From assembly GCA_963775755.1 (NCBI GenBank), contig CAVZKB010000012.1, positions 31,868 through 95,867 of the forward strand: a stretch of DNA of 64,000 bases, given 5' to 3'. A program made the position numbers and the translations under genes. The DNA is from an uncultured Actinomycetes bacterium (GTDB lineage: Bacteria > Actinomycetota > UBA4738 > HRBIN12). Shown piece after piece: positions 9,736 to 19,075 of the stretch. The notes below the pieces were generated by a model. It made no database searches. It saw only the letters and a list, made by a program, of their open reading frames with translations, and was not told the origin of the DNA. How positions within the stretch are numbered: the stretch's first letter is position 1; the number at the start of each line of letters is the position of its first letter.

Positions 9736-11408
9736 CGACGGAACCTCCTGAGCAGCGCGTCCTTCACTTCTTCGGCCTCGTCGATCTTCACGATAAGCGT
9801 CGACACCGCGAACACAAGCAAGCCCGCGACGACCCCGACGGATACCTCCGCGAGCAGGCTGAGCGTGCCGGAACCCGCGCCGAACGCATCTCGGATCGCT
9901 CGCGACGCCAGGAACGCCGCACCGGCGGCCAGGAGCGATGCGGGGATCACGCGCGCGAGCGTCGCGAAGATCCGGCCCCCGTCGATCCTTCCCAGTCGCC
10001 TGCGGAGCAGCACCAGACACACGAGCGTCGCGAACACGTACGAGGTGGCGTGGCCGAGTGCGAGACCGGGCAAGCGCCACCCGAACGCCAGGTAGAGGAA
10101 GTTCGCCGCGATGTTCACGATCGCCGAGGCGATGTTCACGAGCGCGGGCGTCCGCGTGTCCTGCATCGAATAGAACGTCCGCGTGAGCAGCTGGAACGCG
10201 GAGAAGAACGGGAGGCCGATGGCGAACGCCTGCAGGGTTCTCGCGATCTCCGCCACATCGGCCGGGTGTGCGCGCCCGTGCTGCAGCAGCAGGCGGGAGA
10301 CGGGGAACGCGAGCGCGATGTACCCCAGCGCCGCCGGCACGATGACGACGAGCGTGTCGCGGACCCCGCTGGAAAAGAGCGTGCGCAGGCCGTCGAGGTC
10401 CTCGTCGGCCCATCGGCTCGACATCGGTGGGAGGAGCGCCGTGAAGATGGACACCGCGACGATCGAGTGCGGCAGCAGGAAGAGGATGAACGCGCTCGAG
10501 TAGATCTGGTAGCCGTTGGGAGGGAACTTGCCCGTGAACACGATGACGGCGACGTACGCCAATTGGTTCGCCGCCACGTAGACCACGACCCAAAGCGCGA
10601 GCTTGCCGAGCCGGCGGACCGCCGGGTGGTTCCAATCCAACCGGAGGCGCCATCGGAACCCCAGCCGACGGAGCGAGGGCCACAGGGCGAGCGTCATGGC
10701 GGCCACGCCGAACGTCGTCCCGGCGGCGAGCACCGTCTTCTCGGCGAACGTGATGCCTTCCACCGAAGCGGTTCCGTGCCTCACGAGCAATGCGTAGACG
10801 CCGAACGTGGCGATCACCGAGAGGTTGTTGAGGATCGGCGCGAACATCGGCGCGGCGAACCGCCGCTCGGCCTGGAGCAGCCCGGTCGCCACCGCGCCCA
10901 CCCCGTAGAACACGATCTGGGGCATGAACCAACGCAGGAAGAAGGCGCCCAGCGCGATCTGCGCCTCCTTGTCGGTGGCGTCGGACGCCGACAGATAGAG
11001 CCGGATGATCTGGGGAGCGAAGAGCGCACCGAGAACCGCGACGGCGGCGAGGACCACCAGGGCAAGGGTCAGGATCCGGTCGGCGACGAGCCATGCTTCC
11101 TCGCGACCGTGCTTCTGCAGCCACTCGACGAAGACCGGCACGAAGACGGAGGTGAGGATCCCGCCCAGCACCAGCTCGTACACGATGTTCGGCGTGGTGT
11201 TCGCCGTTGCGTACGTGTTGCCGAGGGCGCTGACGCCCAGGGCCGCGGTCTGGGCCGACAGCCGGACATACCCGGTAACACGCGACAGCATCGTGCCCAC
11301 CGACATCACCGCGGTATCCCGGACGAACGCGCTCCGCGGATCGTCGCTCGGAAGCTCTCCCGGATCGGGCGCTAGGTCGTCGGACGTTTGAGCAACCTCC
11401 TCGACCAC
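9732..11408 (-). CDS. murJ: Lipid II flippase MurJ (MviN)
   Basis: GTMLSRVTGYVR, ANTTPNIVYELVLGGILTSVFVP, PQIVFYG, RTFYSMQDTRTP; many TM helices. Start is approximate. Confidence 0.95.
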   Translation of the reverse strand: MVEEVAQTSDDLAPDPGELPSDDPRSAFVRDTAVMSVGTMLSRVTGYVRLSAQTAALGVSALGNTYATANTTPNIVYELVLGGILTSVFVPVFVEWLQKHGREEAWLVADRILTLALVVLAAVAVLGALFAPQIIRLYLSASDATDKEAQIALGAFFLRWFMPQIVFYGVGAVATGLLQAERRFAAPMFAPILNNLSVIATFGVYALLVRHGTASVEGITFAEKTVLAAGTTFGVAAMTLALWPSLRRLGFRWRLRLDWNHPAVRRLGKLALWVVVYVAANQLAYVAVIVFTGKFPPNGYQIYSSAFILFLLPHSIVAVSIFTALLPPMSSRWADEDLDGLRTLFSSGVRDTLVVIVPAALGYIALAFPVSRLLLQHGRAHPADVAEIARTLQAFAIGLPFFSAFQLLTRTFYSMQDTRTPALVNIASAIVNIAANFLYLAFGWRLPGLALGHATSYVFATLVCLVLLRRRLGRIDGGRIFATLARVIPASLLAAGAAFLASRAIRDAFGAGSGTLSLLAEVSVGVVAGLLVFAVSTLIVKIDEAEEVKDALLRRFRR

Positions 11409-13402
11409 AGACCAACGAGGACGAGCGCCGCCGCCGCCGTCACCAGCAGGGCGATGCGATTCACCGAGCGTGAGCTGACGGTGAGCGTCGTCTGACGGAT
11501 GGCTCTGCCCGACGGAGCGCGGAGCACGACCTGGATCGTGCCTTGACCCGATGCGAGCGCGGTGGCGTCGAACGTGACGATCTGGTTCGGCTGGGTGAGC
11601 GTGACTTCCTGCTGGTCACCGCCCGGGAACCGGAACCGGTTGGACCGCAGCTGCAACGTGAAGCGGATCGGGAGGGTGCCCGGATCGCCCATCCGCAACG
11701 GGATCGCGCCGGTCTTGGACAGGAACGTGAAGACCTGGCTGGTGTCCGGGACGGCTCGGGAGAACACGTCGTGCGTCACCCTGTTCACGTGGTCGATCCA
11801 CGCACTCCCGGCCGATTCGTTCCCGAGGTAGGCGGCCGATTCCGCGGTGAGCAGCTGGCGACCGAGGCGGTCGGGGAGTGGGGTCGGCTCCACGAGCATC
11901 GATCGGAACGCGAGGAGGTCGCGCCGGGCCCGCTTGATCGCCTCGACGTAGGAGGGGGAGAAGCGTTCTATGGACGGCGACACGATCGCGCTGGGTGCCA
12001 CGGGGGGCGGGATCTGCCGCACCAGGTCGGTCGCGGCGACGGGTCGCAGGAACGGCGCGGTCGCCAGGCGGCTGAGGAGCGCGCCCCAGAACCGAGCGGG
12101 TGCGCCCGCGGCCAGCAACAGGCTGATCCCGCGCGGGACCGACGGCACCGGCTGCTCGCGCCAGATCGTCGCGACCTCTCCAAGTGCCGCCTGGGCGGCC
12201 CTGACCGGATCCGCCAGGAACCCGGCCTGGGACAGCAGCGCCTGCGTGCCGGTGTCCGGCAGCACGATGTCGACCGTTTGACCGCCCACCGCGAGCGTTG
12301 CGGTGGGCGGGGGAGCGAACTCGTTCGGCTGCGGCGGTCGCTCGACGGTGTCGGGGTTCCCGAGGATCGTCGATGCCCCGAGCGCCACCAGCGCAGACAC
12401 CGCTCCTTCGTCCAGCGCCCCTTCGGGAGGTCGGACGACGTCCGTCGCAGGGATGACGCCCAGGATCTCCTGGACCATCTCGCGTCCCGCCGCCTGCTGC
12501 GTAGCGAGATCCGCCGACAGACCGCTCGCCAGCAACGACGGGATCGTCGGAGCGGAGAACGGCAACGCCGTCACATGGACCAGTGGAGAGGACACCGCCG
12601 TTCGGAGCGCGGCGAGCAGCGCAGCGGCGTGCGCGGCTCCGTCTTCGCCGGCTCCAACCTCGCTGCCGTCGGCGCGCCGGTAGCCGTCCGCCATCCTCGA
12701 GAGCTGATCGAGCAAGGACGGTTGCAGGACCAGGTCGACGGGGCTCAGCTGCTTCCCTCGCGCCAACCTGCCGAGCGCCGACACTTCCGCACCGAGGGAT
12801 CCGGTCGAGGCGACCGACGCTTCGAACGCGCCGTCGACCAGGAGTCCGTCCGGGTCGAACGCGTCGGGCGCGGTGAGCTCGATCGTCGTCGAGAGCAGGA
12901 GTGGGACCTCGGGCGCCCGGACCAGGAAGATCACCGCGGTATCCAACACCGCTACCTGGAAGCCGCCGCTCCGAAGATCGATCCGCATCGGGTAGACGAG
13001 CGAGTCGCTCCGGCCGATGCCGCCGATAGTCGAGAGGTCCACCGACGTTCGGAACCTGCGCGTCCCGCCGGGCTCCAGGGTGTCCTTCTCGGGGAGCGTG
13101 ACGGCGAAGACCGGCAGCTCAGGCCCCGAGGTGAGCGACGTCTCGTAGGCCGTGCGCGATCGGACGGGCGCGCCGATCGTGACGCCGAGCGTGAGGTCCT
13201 CGATGGGTGTCGCAGCGGCGCTGTCCGCTCGGATCGCGATCTCGAGCACGGGGTCCTTCAACGTGTTCCAGGGCGTCTGCGACACGAGCCTGAGGGTGAC
13301 CGGCTGAGAGCCTTGCGCACGCCCGGTGGGGGCGGCCACCAGCGTGGTGACCAGGAAGATCGCGAGCGCGAGGAGGCCCCGTGCGGCCCGGCGGATGGTC
13401 AT
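11372..13402 (-). CDS. DUF6049-like secreted/membrane-anchored protein
   Basis: Signal peptide, C-terminal TM anchor, conserved position between NUDIX and murJ. Confidence 0.75.
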   Translation of the reverse strand: MTIRRAARGLLALAIFLVTTLVAAPTGRAQGSQPVTLRLVSQTPWNTLKDPVLEIAIRADSAAATPIEDLTLGVTIGAPVRSRTAYETSLTSGPELPVFAVTLPEKDTLEPGGTRRFRTSVDLSTIGGIGRSDSLVYPMRIDLRSGGFQVAVLDTAVIFLVRAPEVPLLLSTTIELTAPDAFDPDGLLVDGAFEASVASTGSLGAEVSALGRLARGKQLSPVDLVLQPSLLDQLSRMADGYRRADGSEVGAGEDGAAHAAALLAALRTAVSSPLVHVTALPFSAPTIPSLLASGLSADLATQQAAGREMVQEILGVIPATDVVRPPEGALDEGAVSALVALGASTILGNPDTVERPPQPNEFAPPPTATLAVGGQTVDIVLPDTGTQALLSQAGFLADPVRAAQAALGEVATIWREQPVPSVPRGISLLLAAGAPARFWGALLSRLATAPFLRPVAATDLVRQIPPPVAPSAIVSPSIERFSPSYVEAIKRARRDLLAFRSMLVEPTPLPDRLGRQLLTAESAAYLGNESAGSAWIDHVNRVTHDVFSRAVPDTSQVFTFLSKTGAIPLRMGDPGTLPIRFTLQLRSNRFRFPGGDQQEVTLTQPNQIVTFDATALASGQGTIQVVLRAPSGRAIRQTTLTVSSRSVNRIALLVTAAAALVLVGLWSRRLLKRPTT

Positions 13403-13454
13403 GGCGGCGCCTCATCGTAGCGGGAGAGGTCGGCTCCGGAGGCGACCGCGGCGC

Positions 13455-14066
13455 TCAGCGAAGTATCTCGGCTGCGCGCCCGAGGACTTCGCGCTCACCT
13501 CGATAGGCGGCACGCTTCAACGCCCGCTCCAACGGGAACCACCGCACGTCTTCCATCTCGTCGTCACGGTCGTTCGTGTCGCCTCCGGTGGCGCGCATCA
13601 GGAAGAAATGCACGGTCTTGCGGATGCGCACGCCTTCCCAAACGTAGAAGTAGCGGGTCACGCCGAGCGACGCCTCGATCTCTGCCTCGATGCCGGTCTC
13701 CTCACGAACCTCGCGGACGGCGGCTTCCTCGGCGGACTCGTCGGCCTCGATGCCCCCCTTGGCGAGGCCCCACGCCAGCTCGCCGCGTCGGGTGCGCCGT
13801 GCCGCGAGGACCAGGTCGACGCCGTCGGGCTCGCGGCGGTAGACCACACCTCCTGCCGACACCTCCGTCTTGGTCCGTGTCGTGCTGGCTGCCTTGTGGG
13901 GCCTGTCTCCCGCCGCCCTCGAGCCGGCCTTGCCTTTCGCGCCGCCGCTCCGAGCCTCCTCGGGTGAGGCGTTCGGCGTGCCCGCCGGGGTGGCCGACGG
14001 CCTGCCCCGCCGTTTCCGAGGCGGTCGACCTGCGGTCATCGTTCGCGGCCGGGAGCGATCGAGCAC
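13455..14066 (-). CDS. NUDIX hydrolase with a basic N-terminal extension
   Basis: Nudix box GGIEADESAEEAAVREVREETG; EVSAGGVV. Confidence 0.9.
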   Translation of the reverse strand: MLDRSRPRTMTAGRPPRKRRGRPSATPAGTPNASPEEARSGGAKGKAGSRAAGDRPHKAASTTRTKTEVSAGGVVYRREPDGVDLVLAARRTRRGELAWGLAKGGIEADESAEEAAVREVREETGIEAEIEASLGVTRYFYVWEGVRIRKTVHFFLMRATGGDTNDRDDEMEDVRWFPLERALKRAAYRGEREVLGRAAEILR

Positions 14067-14241
14067 GTCATCGCGGGGATTCTAGGCGTCCCGGACCGCC
14101 GAGCCGGATGGCGGGCGGGTCGCGAACTCGAGGCTTTGGGTGATGCTTCGGGCTTTGGGTGACGCGGGAACGTGCCGATGGATGTGGCGTAGGCACGAAC
14201 GGCGTGTCGTGTGAGGACGCGCCCCGAGGAGAGAGAGCCCG

Positions 14242-15351
14242 ATGGAGATCAACGAGCTGCTCCGGTACGCGGTGGAACGCGGCGCGAGCGACCTGCACCT
14301 CAAGGTCGGCAACGTGCCGTTCATCCGGGTCGACGGCGATCTCCAGCCCACGCAGTTCCCCGCCCTGACGCCGAGCGACACCGAGGCGTTCGCCATGGAG
14401 CTGATGTCGGACCACAAGAAGCGGGAGTTCGAGGAGACCAGCGAAGCCGACCTGGGGGTCACGCTCGCGGGGGTCGGCCGGTTCAGGATCAACGTGTTCC
14501 GCCAGCGCGGGGTCGTCGGCCTGGCGATCCGCCGCGTGCGGTCGGAGATCCCCACGTTCGACGAGCTCCGGCTGCCGGAGGTCATGAGGACCCTGGCGGA
14601 CTCTCCGCGCGGGCTCGTGTTGATCACCGGTCCGACCGGTACCGGGAAGACCACGACGATCGCGTCGATGATCGGCCACATCAACAACACGCGCCGCACG
14701 CACATCGTGACGGTCGAGGACCCGATCGAGGTCGTGCACGACGACGCGCTTTCCATCGTGCAGCAACGCGAGATCGGCATCGATACGGACTCGTACGCGA
14801 ACGCGCTCCGTCACGTGATCCGCCAGGATCCCGACGTCATCTTCATCGGGGAGATCCGCGACCCGGAGTCGGCGCTCTCCGCGATCCAGGCCGCGGAGAC
14901 CGGTCACTTGGTCATCTCCACGCTGCACACGATCGATTGCGTCGAGACCATCAACCGTCTGCTCGACCTCTTCCCGCCTTCACAGCAGCGTGAGGTCCGG
15001 TCGTCGTTCGCCGGCTCGCTCCGCGGCATCGTCGCGCAGCGGCTGGTGCAGCGTGCGGACGGCAAAGGCCGCGTGCCGGCCGTCGAGGTCCTCATCAACA
15101 CCGGCCGCATCTTCGACCGCATCGTCGACCCCGACGCGACCGACTCGATCCCCGAGGTGATCGCCGACGGCGACTTCTACGGGATGCAGACGTTCGACCA
15201 GGCGTTGGTGAAGCTCGTGAAGGAAGGACTGGTCGCCGAGGACGAGGCGCGGCGCACCTCCACGAACCCCCACGACTTCGATCTGGCGCTCATGGGTGTC
15301 ATGGACCGACGGTCCTCGATCCCCTCGCATAGCGCGGCGCCGACCATCTAG
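14242..15351 (+). CDS. pilT: PilT/PilU family type IV pilus ATPase
   Basis: ASDLHL, Walker A GPTGTGKTTT, TVEDPIE, RQDPDVIFIGEIRD, AETGHLVISTLHT, GMQTFDQAL. Confidence 0.93.
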   Translation: MEINELLRYAVERGASDLHLKVGNVPFIRVDGDLQPTQFPALTPSDTEAFAMELMSDHKKREFEETSEADLGVTLAGVGRFRINVFRQRGVVGLAIRRVRSEIPTFDELRLPEVMRTLADSPRGLVLITGPTGTGKTTTIASMIGHINNTRRTHIVTVEDPIEVVHDDALSIVQQREIGIDTDSYANALRHVIRQDPDVIFIGEIRDPESALSAIQAAETGHLVISTLHTIDCVETINRLLDLFPPSQQREVRSSFAGSLRGIVAQRLVQRADGKGRVPAVEVLINTGRIFDRIVDPDATDSIPEVIADGDFYGMQTFDQALVKLVKEGLVAEDEARRTSTNPHDFDLALMGVMDRRSSIPSHSAAPTI

Positions 15352-15722
15352 GTCGGGACTTCGGCGGGGAGCTCTCCCGCCGCTCGCATCGCGCGGATCT
15401 CCATCGGATGACGTCGGTAGCCGTACGGGATCGCGAGTCCGAGATAGACCGGGATGAACAGCGGGCCCCACGCGCAGTACTGCTTGATGTGGTGGCGTTC
15501 GTGCGTGGAGAGCCGGCCGGTCACGGGCACCGCCGACACGATCACGAACCCGACCGTCATGGCCGTCCGGTTGAGCCGGGGCATCAACCTCGTCAGGCCG
15601 CGCGGTGTCCCGTCGAAGATGATCGCCCCGTCGAGCCGCGGCATCTGGAACGTGCACAGTCCCACGATCAGGCCGAGGAGCGTGTTCGGCATGGTCCAGA
15701 TGAATCCGAGCCAGATGGGCAT
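15348..15722 (-). CDS. Small membrane-associated HExxH protein
   Basis: AMTVGFVI…HERHHIKQY…HPMEIRA; leaderless ATG after TAGCGT. Confidence 0.7.
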   Translation of the reverse strand: MPIWLGFIWTMPNTLLGLIVGLCTFQMPRLDGAIIFDGTPRGLTRLMPRLNRTAMTVGFVIVSAVPVTGRLSTHERHHIKQYCAWGPLFIPVYLGLAIPYGYRRHPMEIRAMRAAGELPAEVPT

Positions 15723-15775
15723 CCGGCACACGCTACCCCGCAGGTCAGGGGAGGTCGAAGGGTATCGTGACTCTC

Positions 15776-17146
15776 GTGATGGCCACGCTCGACGTCGACC
15801 CACTCGCGAAGGAGCTCGGTGAGCGATTCGCCGCCGCCGGTTTCGAGCTGTACCTGGTCGGCGGCGTGGTACGCGACGCGATGCTCGGGCGGACCTCGCC
15901 CGACATGGACCTCGCGACCTCCGCGAAGCCGCACGAGACGACCAAGGTGCTGCAGGGTTGGGCAGACAATCGCTACCACGTCGGTGTGCGGTTCGGGACG
16001 GTGGGTGCGCGCAAGGACGGCCGGCTCTTCGAGATCACGACGTTCCGCGAAGAGGTCTACGAAGAAGACCACCGCAAGCCCGCGGTGACGTTCGCGAAGG
16101 ACATCGAGACCGATCTGTCGCGGCGGGACTTCACGATCAACGCGATGGCCGTGCGGCTGCCGGACGGCGCGTTCGTCGATCCCTTCGGTGGGGTCAAGCA
16201 TCTCGCTGCGAAGACGCTCGACACACCGCTCCAGCCCGAGGCGGCGTTCTCCGACGATCCCTTGCGCATGGTGCGTGCAGCGCGGTTCGTCTCCCAGCTC
16301 GAAGTGACGCCGTCGGAGCGCGTCGTCGGCGCGATCACCGGGATGCGTGAACGGCTCGCCATCGTCTCCTCCGAGCGGATCCACGCGGAGCTCGACAAGC
16401 TGCTCCTCGGTGCGAGGCCTGCCGCGGGATTGGCGTTGCTCGTGGACACCGGTCTTTCCGACGAGTTCCTGCCCGAGCTCTCGGCCCTGCAGCTCGAACA
16501 GGACCCGGTGCACCGGCACAAGGACGTGTTGCGACACACCTATGCCGTCGTGGAACGGTGCGAGCCGGATCTGCTGCTCCGTCTGGCCGCGTTGCTGCAC
16601 GACATCGGGAAGCCCAAGACGCGTGCGATCACGCCGGACGGGGTGCAGTTCCATCATCACGAGGTCGTGGGCGCGCGGATGGCGGAGGCTCGACTGAAGG
16701 AGCTGCACTACCCGAACGCGGTCGTCGACGACGTCAGGAAGCTGGTCGAGCTGCACCTGCGGTTCCACGGCTACGGCGACGGGTGGACGGATAGCGCCGT
16801 CCGGCGGTACGTGCGCGACGCCGGTCCGATGCTCGACCGCCTCAACCAGCTGACGCGGGCCGACTGCACGACCCGCAACGTCGCGAAGGCGCGGGAGCTC
16901 GAGCGGCTGCAGGACGAGCTGGAGGAGCGCATCGCACGGCTCGCCGAGGAGGAGAACCTGGGCGCGCTCCGGCCTCCGATCGACGGCGCGCAGGTGATGA
17001 AGCATCTGGGCATCCCGCCCGGTCCGCTGGTCGGGGACGCGCTGGCGTATCTGTTCGAGGTCCGGATGGAGCGTGGTCCCATCCCGGAGGACGAAGCGTT
17101 GGAGTTGCTCGACGCGTGGGCCCGGGAGCGCGACCTGGGGATCTGA
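15776..17146 (+). CDS. CCA tRNA nucleotidyltransferase (HD domain)
   Basis: LYLVGGVVRD, DMDLAT, DLSRRDFTINAMA, DDPLRMVR, LLHDIGKP. Confidence 0.95.
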   Translation: MMATLDVDPLAKELGERFAAAGFELYLVGGVVRDAMLGRTSPDMDLATSAKPHETTKVLQGWADNRYHVGVRFGTVGARKDGRLFEITTFREEVYEEDHRKPAVTFAKDIETDLSRRDFTINAMAVRLPDGAFVDPFGGVKHLAAKTLDTPLQPEAAFSDDPLRMVRAARFVSQLEVTPSERVVGAITGMRERLAIVSSERIHAELDKLLLGARPAAGLALLVDTGLSDEFLPELSALQLEQDPVHRHKDVLRHTYAVVERCEPDLLLRLAALLHDIGKPKTRAITPDGVQFHHHEVVGARMAEARLKELHYPNAVVDDVRKLVELHLRFHGYGDGWTDSAVRRYVRDAGPMLDRLNQLTRADCTTRNVAKARELERLQDELEERIARLAEEENLGALRPPIDGAQVMKHLGIPPGPLVGDALAYLFEVRMERGPIPEDEALELLDAWARERDLGI

Positions 17147-17210
17147 CCCCTGAGGGGTTGTTTCGCGGAACCTCCACAGGTTGGCCTCTCGACGTGCCGA
17201 TACTGGTTCG

Positions 17211-18038
17211 GTGGGGAGGACTTGGACGACGATCGCGTCGCGCTTGCGCGAGGCGCAGAACACCGACGGCGGCTTCGGCCCGCGCGCCGGCCTGCCATCG
17301 GAGCCCGAGCCTACGGCGCTGGCAACGATCGCGCTCGACGACGCCGGGGGCCGGGCGTGGCTCGTCGCACACCAGGCCGCCGACGGCTCGGTCCCGTTCG
17401 ACGCCGACACCGTCGTGAACGACTCGGCGACGGCGTTCGCAGCGATCGCGTTCGATGCGGGAGAGCGCCGCGAGCGAGCGCTGGACCACCTCGAGATGAC
17501 GCCCGCCCGGTTGGCGGGATCCACGAGTGAGTCCCCGCACGACCCATCGTTCCACGGGTGGGCGTGGACGGAGGGAACGTTCGGCTGGGTGGACCCCACC
17601 TCGCGCGCGGTGCTCGCGCTGCGGTTGTTCCGGCCCGCCTCGACGGCTATCGACGATGGCATCGGCGTTCTGTCCGACCGTGAGACGGCGGGCGGAGGCT
17701 GGAACTACGGCAACAGCGTGGTGTTCGGGGACGATCTTCGGCCGTACGCGCAGACGACGGCCGCCGCTCTGGTCGCCCTGCAAGGCGCCGATCCCGGGTT
17801 GGGTGCGCGGGGGATCGCGGCGCTGCGGCGGCTGTGGCGCGAGGAACGCGACGGCGGGCTGTCCGTCGCGCTCGCGACCGCCGCGCTCCGTCTGCACGGG
17901 GACGAGGACGCGGACGCATGCGAGGTTGCGTTGTTCGATCTGTTCGGGGCGACGGGGTTGATGGGCGACGTCGTCACGCTGGCCTGGTCCGCGATGGCGG
18001 CCGGGCCCGCGCTGGCGCGTTTGGTGGTGACCGGCTGA
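17211..18038 (+). CDS. Prenyltransferase/squalene-cyclase-like repeat protein
   Basis: QNTDGGFG, QAADGS, GWAWTEGTFGWVDPT, GGGWNYGN repeats. Confidence 0.7.
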   Translation: MGRTWTTIASRLREAQNTDGGFGPRAGLPSEPEPTALATIALDDAGGRAWLVAHQAADGSVPFDADTVVNDSATAFAAIAFDAGERRERALDHLEMTPARLAGSTSESPHDPSFHGWAWTEGTFGWVDPTSRAVLALRLFRPASTAIDDGIGVLSDRETAGGGWNYGNSVVFGDDLRPYAQTTAAALVALQGADPGLGARGIAALRRLWREERDGGLSVALATAALRLHGDEDADACEVALFDLFGATGLMGDVVTLAWSAMAAGPALARLVVTG

Positions 18039-19051
18039 TGCCGACCATGGATCGCCGGACCTTCCTCACGCGTGCCGCGGTGGCGGCGGGCGCGTTCGGT
18101 GCGGCCGCCGTCGCCGGCGAACTCATCGTGCGGCATCGTGAGGACCGCCCGTGGGACGAGGCGGCGTTCGCGCCTCCGGGAGCCGCGCGGGTCGCGGTCC
18201 TCCGCGCGACGAGCTACGACGTCGGTCTGGAGGATGTGGTCGGAAACGGCCTCCACGCCATCGGCGCCGACGTCCGCGGCGCGCGCGTCGTGCTGAAGCC
18301 CAACCTCGTCGAGTTCGACGACCGCACGGCCATCAACACCGACCCGCGGCTCGTGGCGGCGGCCGTGGTCGCGCTCCGGCGGATGGGCGCGGCCGACGTC
18401 GTGGTGGGCGAGGGGCCCGGTCACCGCCGCGACACGCAGTACGTCGTGACCAGGTCGGGGTTGGTCGAGGCTCTGGAGGCCGTGGACGCGCCCTTCGTCG
18501 ACCTGAACACCGACGCCGTGGGCCGCGTCGCGCTCCGCAGTCGCTACACGGCCTTCGGCGAGCTCTGGCTCCCACGGACGATCGTAGACGCCGACGTCGT
18601 GATCTCGATGCCGAAGATGAAGACCCATCACTGGGCCGGCCTGACGCTCTCGCTCAAGAACTGCTTCGGTTGCGTGCCGGGGCGCGTCTACGGGTGGCCC
18701 AAGAACGCGCTGCACTGGGCGGGGATCGAGCAGTCGATCCTGGACGTCGCCGCCGCCGTCCGCCCCGACTACGCCATCGTGGACGGCATCGTCGGCATGG
18801 AGGGCAACGGCCCCATCTCCGGGACGCCGATCCCCGCCAACGTCGTGGTCTTCGGCGACGACCCGGTGGCGACGGACGTGATCGGCGCGCGCGTCATGGG
18901 GTTCGATCCACAGAAGGTCGCCTACCTTTCGGAGGCAGCTCGGTTCCTCGGCCAGGGTGACATGGAGCGGATCCGGACCGAGGGCGAGGACGTCGACGCC
19001 GTCACGACGGACTTCGCGGTGCTGCCGCAGTTCCAGTCGCTGAAAGCCTGA
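18038..19051 (+). CDS. DUF362 protein with a Tat signal
   Basis: MDRRTFL twin-arginine signal; VLKPNLV, PKMKTHHWAGLTLSLKN, DGIVGMEGNGP, DPVATD. Confidence 0.88.
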   Translation: MPTMDRRTFLTRAAVAAGAFGAAAVAGELIVRHREDRPWDEAAFAPPGAARVAVLRATSYDVGLEDVVGNGLHAIGADVRGARVVLKPNLVEFDDRTAINTDPRLVAAAVVALRRMGAADVVVGEGPGHRRDTQYVVTRSGLVEALEAVDAPFVDLNTDAVGRVALRSRYTAFGELWLPRTIVDADVVISMPKMKTHHWAGLTLSLKNCFGCVPGRVYGWPKNALHWAGIEQSILDVAAAVRPDYAIVDGIVGMEGNGPISGTPIPANVVVFGDDPVATDVIGARVMGFDPQKVAYLSEAARFLGQGDMERIRTEGEDVDAVTTDFAVLPQFQSLKA

Positions 19052-19075
19052 CGAGCCCGCGGGTAGGCTTCCCGC

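Noticed and set aside
14170-14180. ACGTGCCGAT upstream of pilT (also near 17192) as a sigma28/WhiG promoter
   Set aside because: The -10-like GCCGAT is present, but there is no convincing TAAA-type -35, and the hexamer is common at this GC content.
17158-17172. TGTTTCGCGGAAC as a possible parS site
   Set aside because: Too many differences from GTTTCACGTGAAAC; no clear parS seen in the window.
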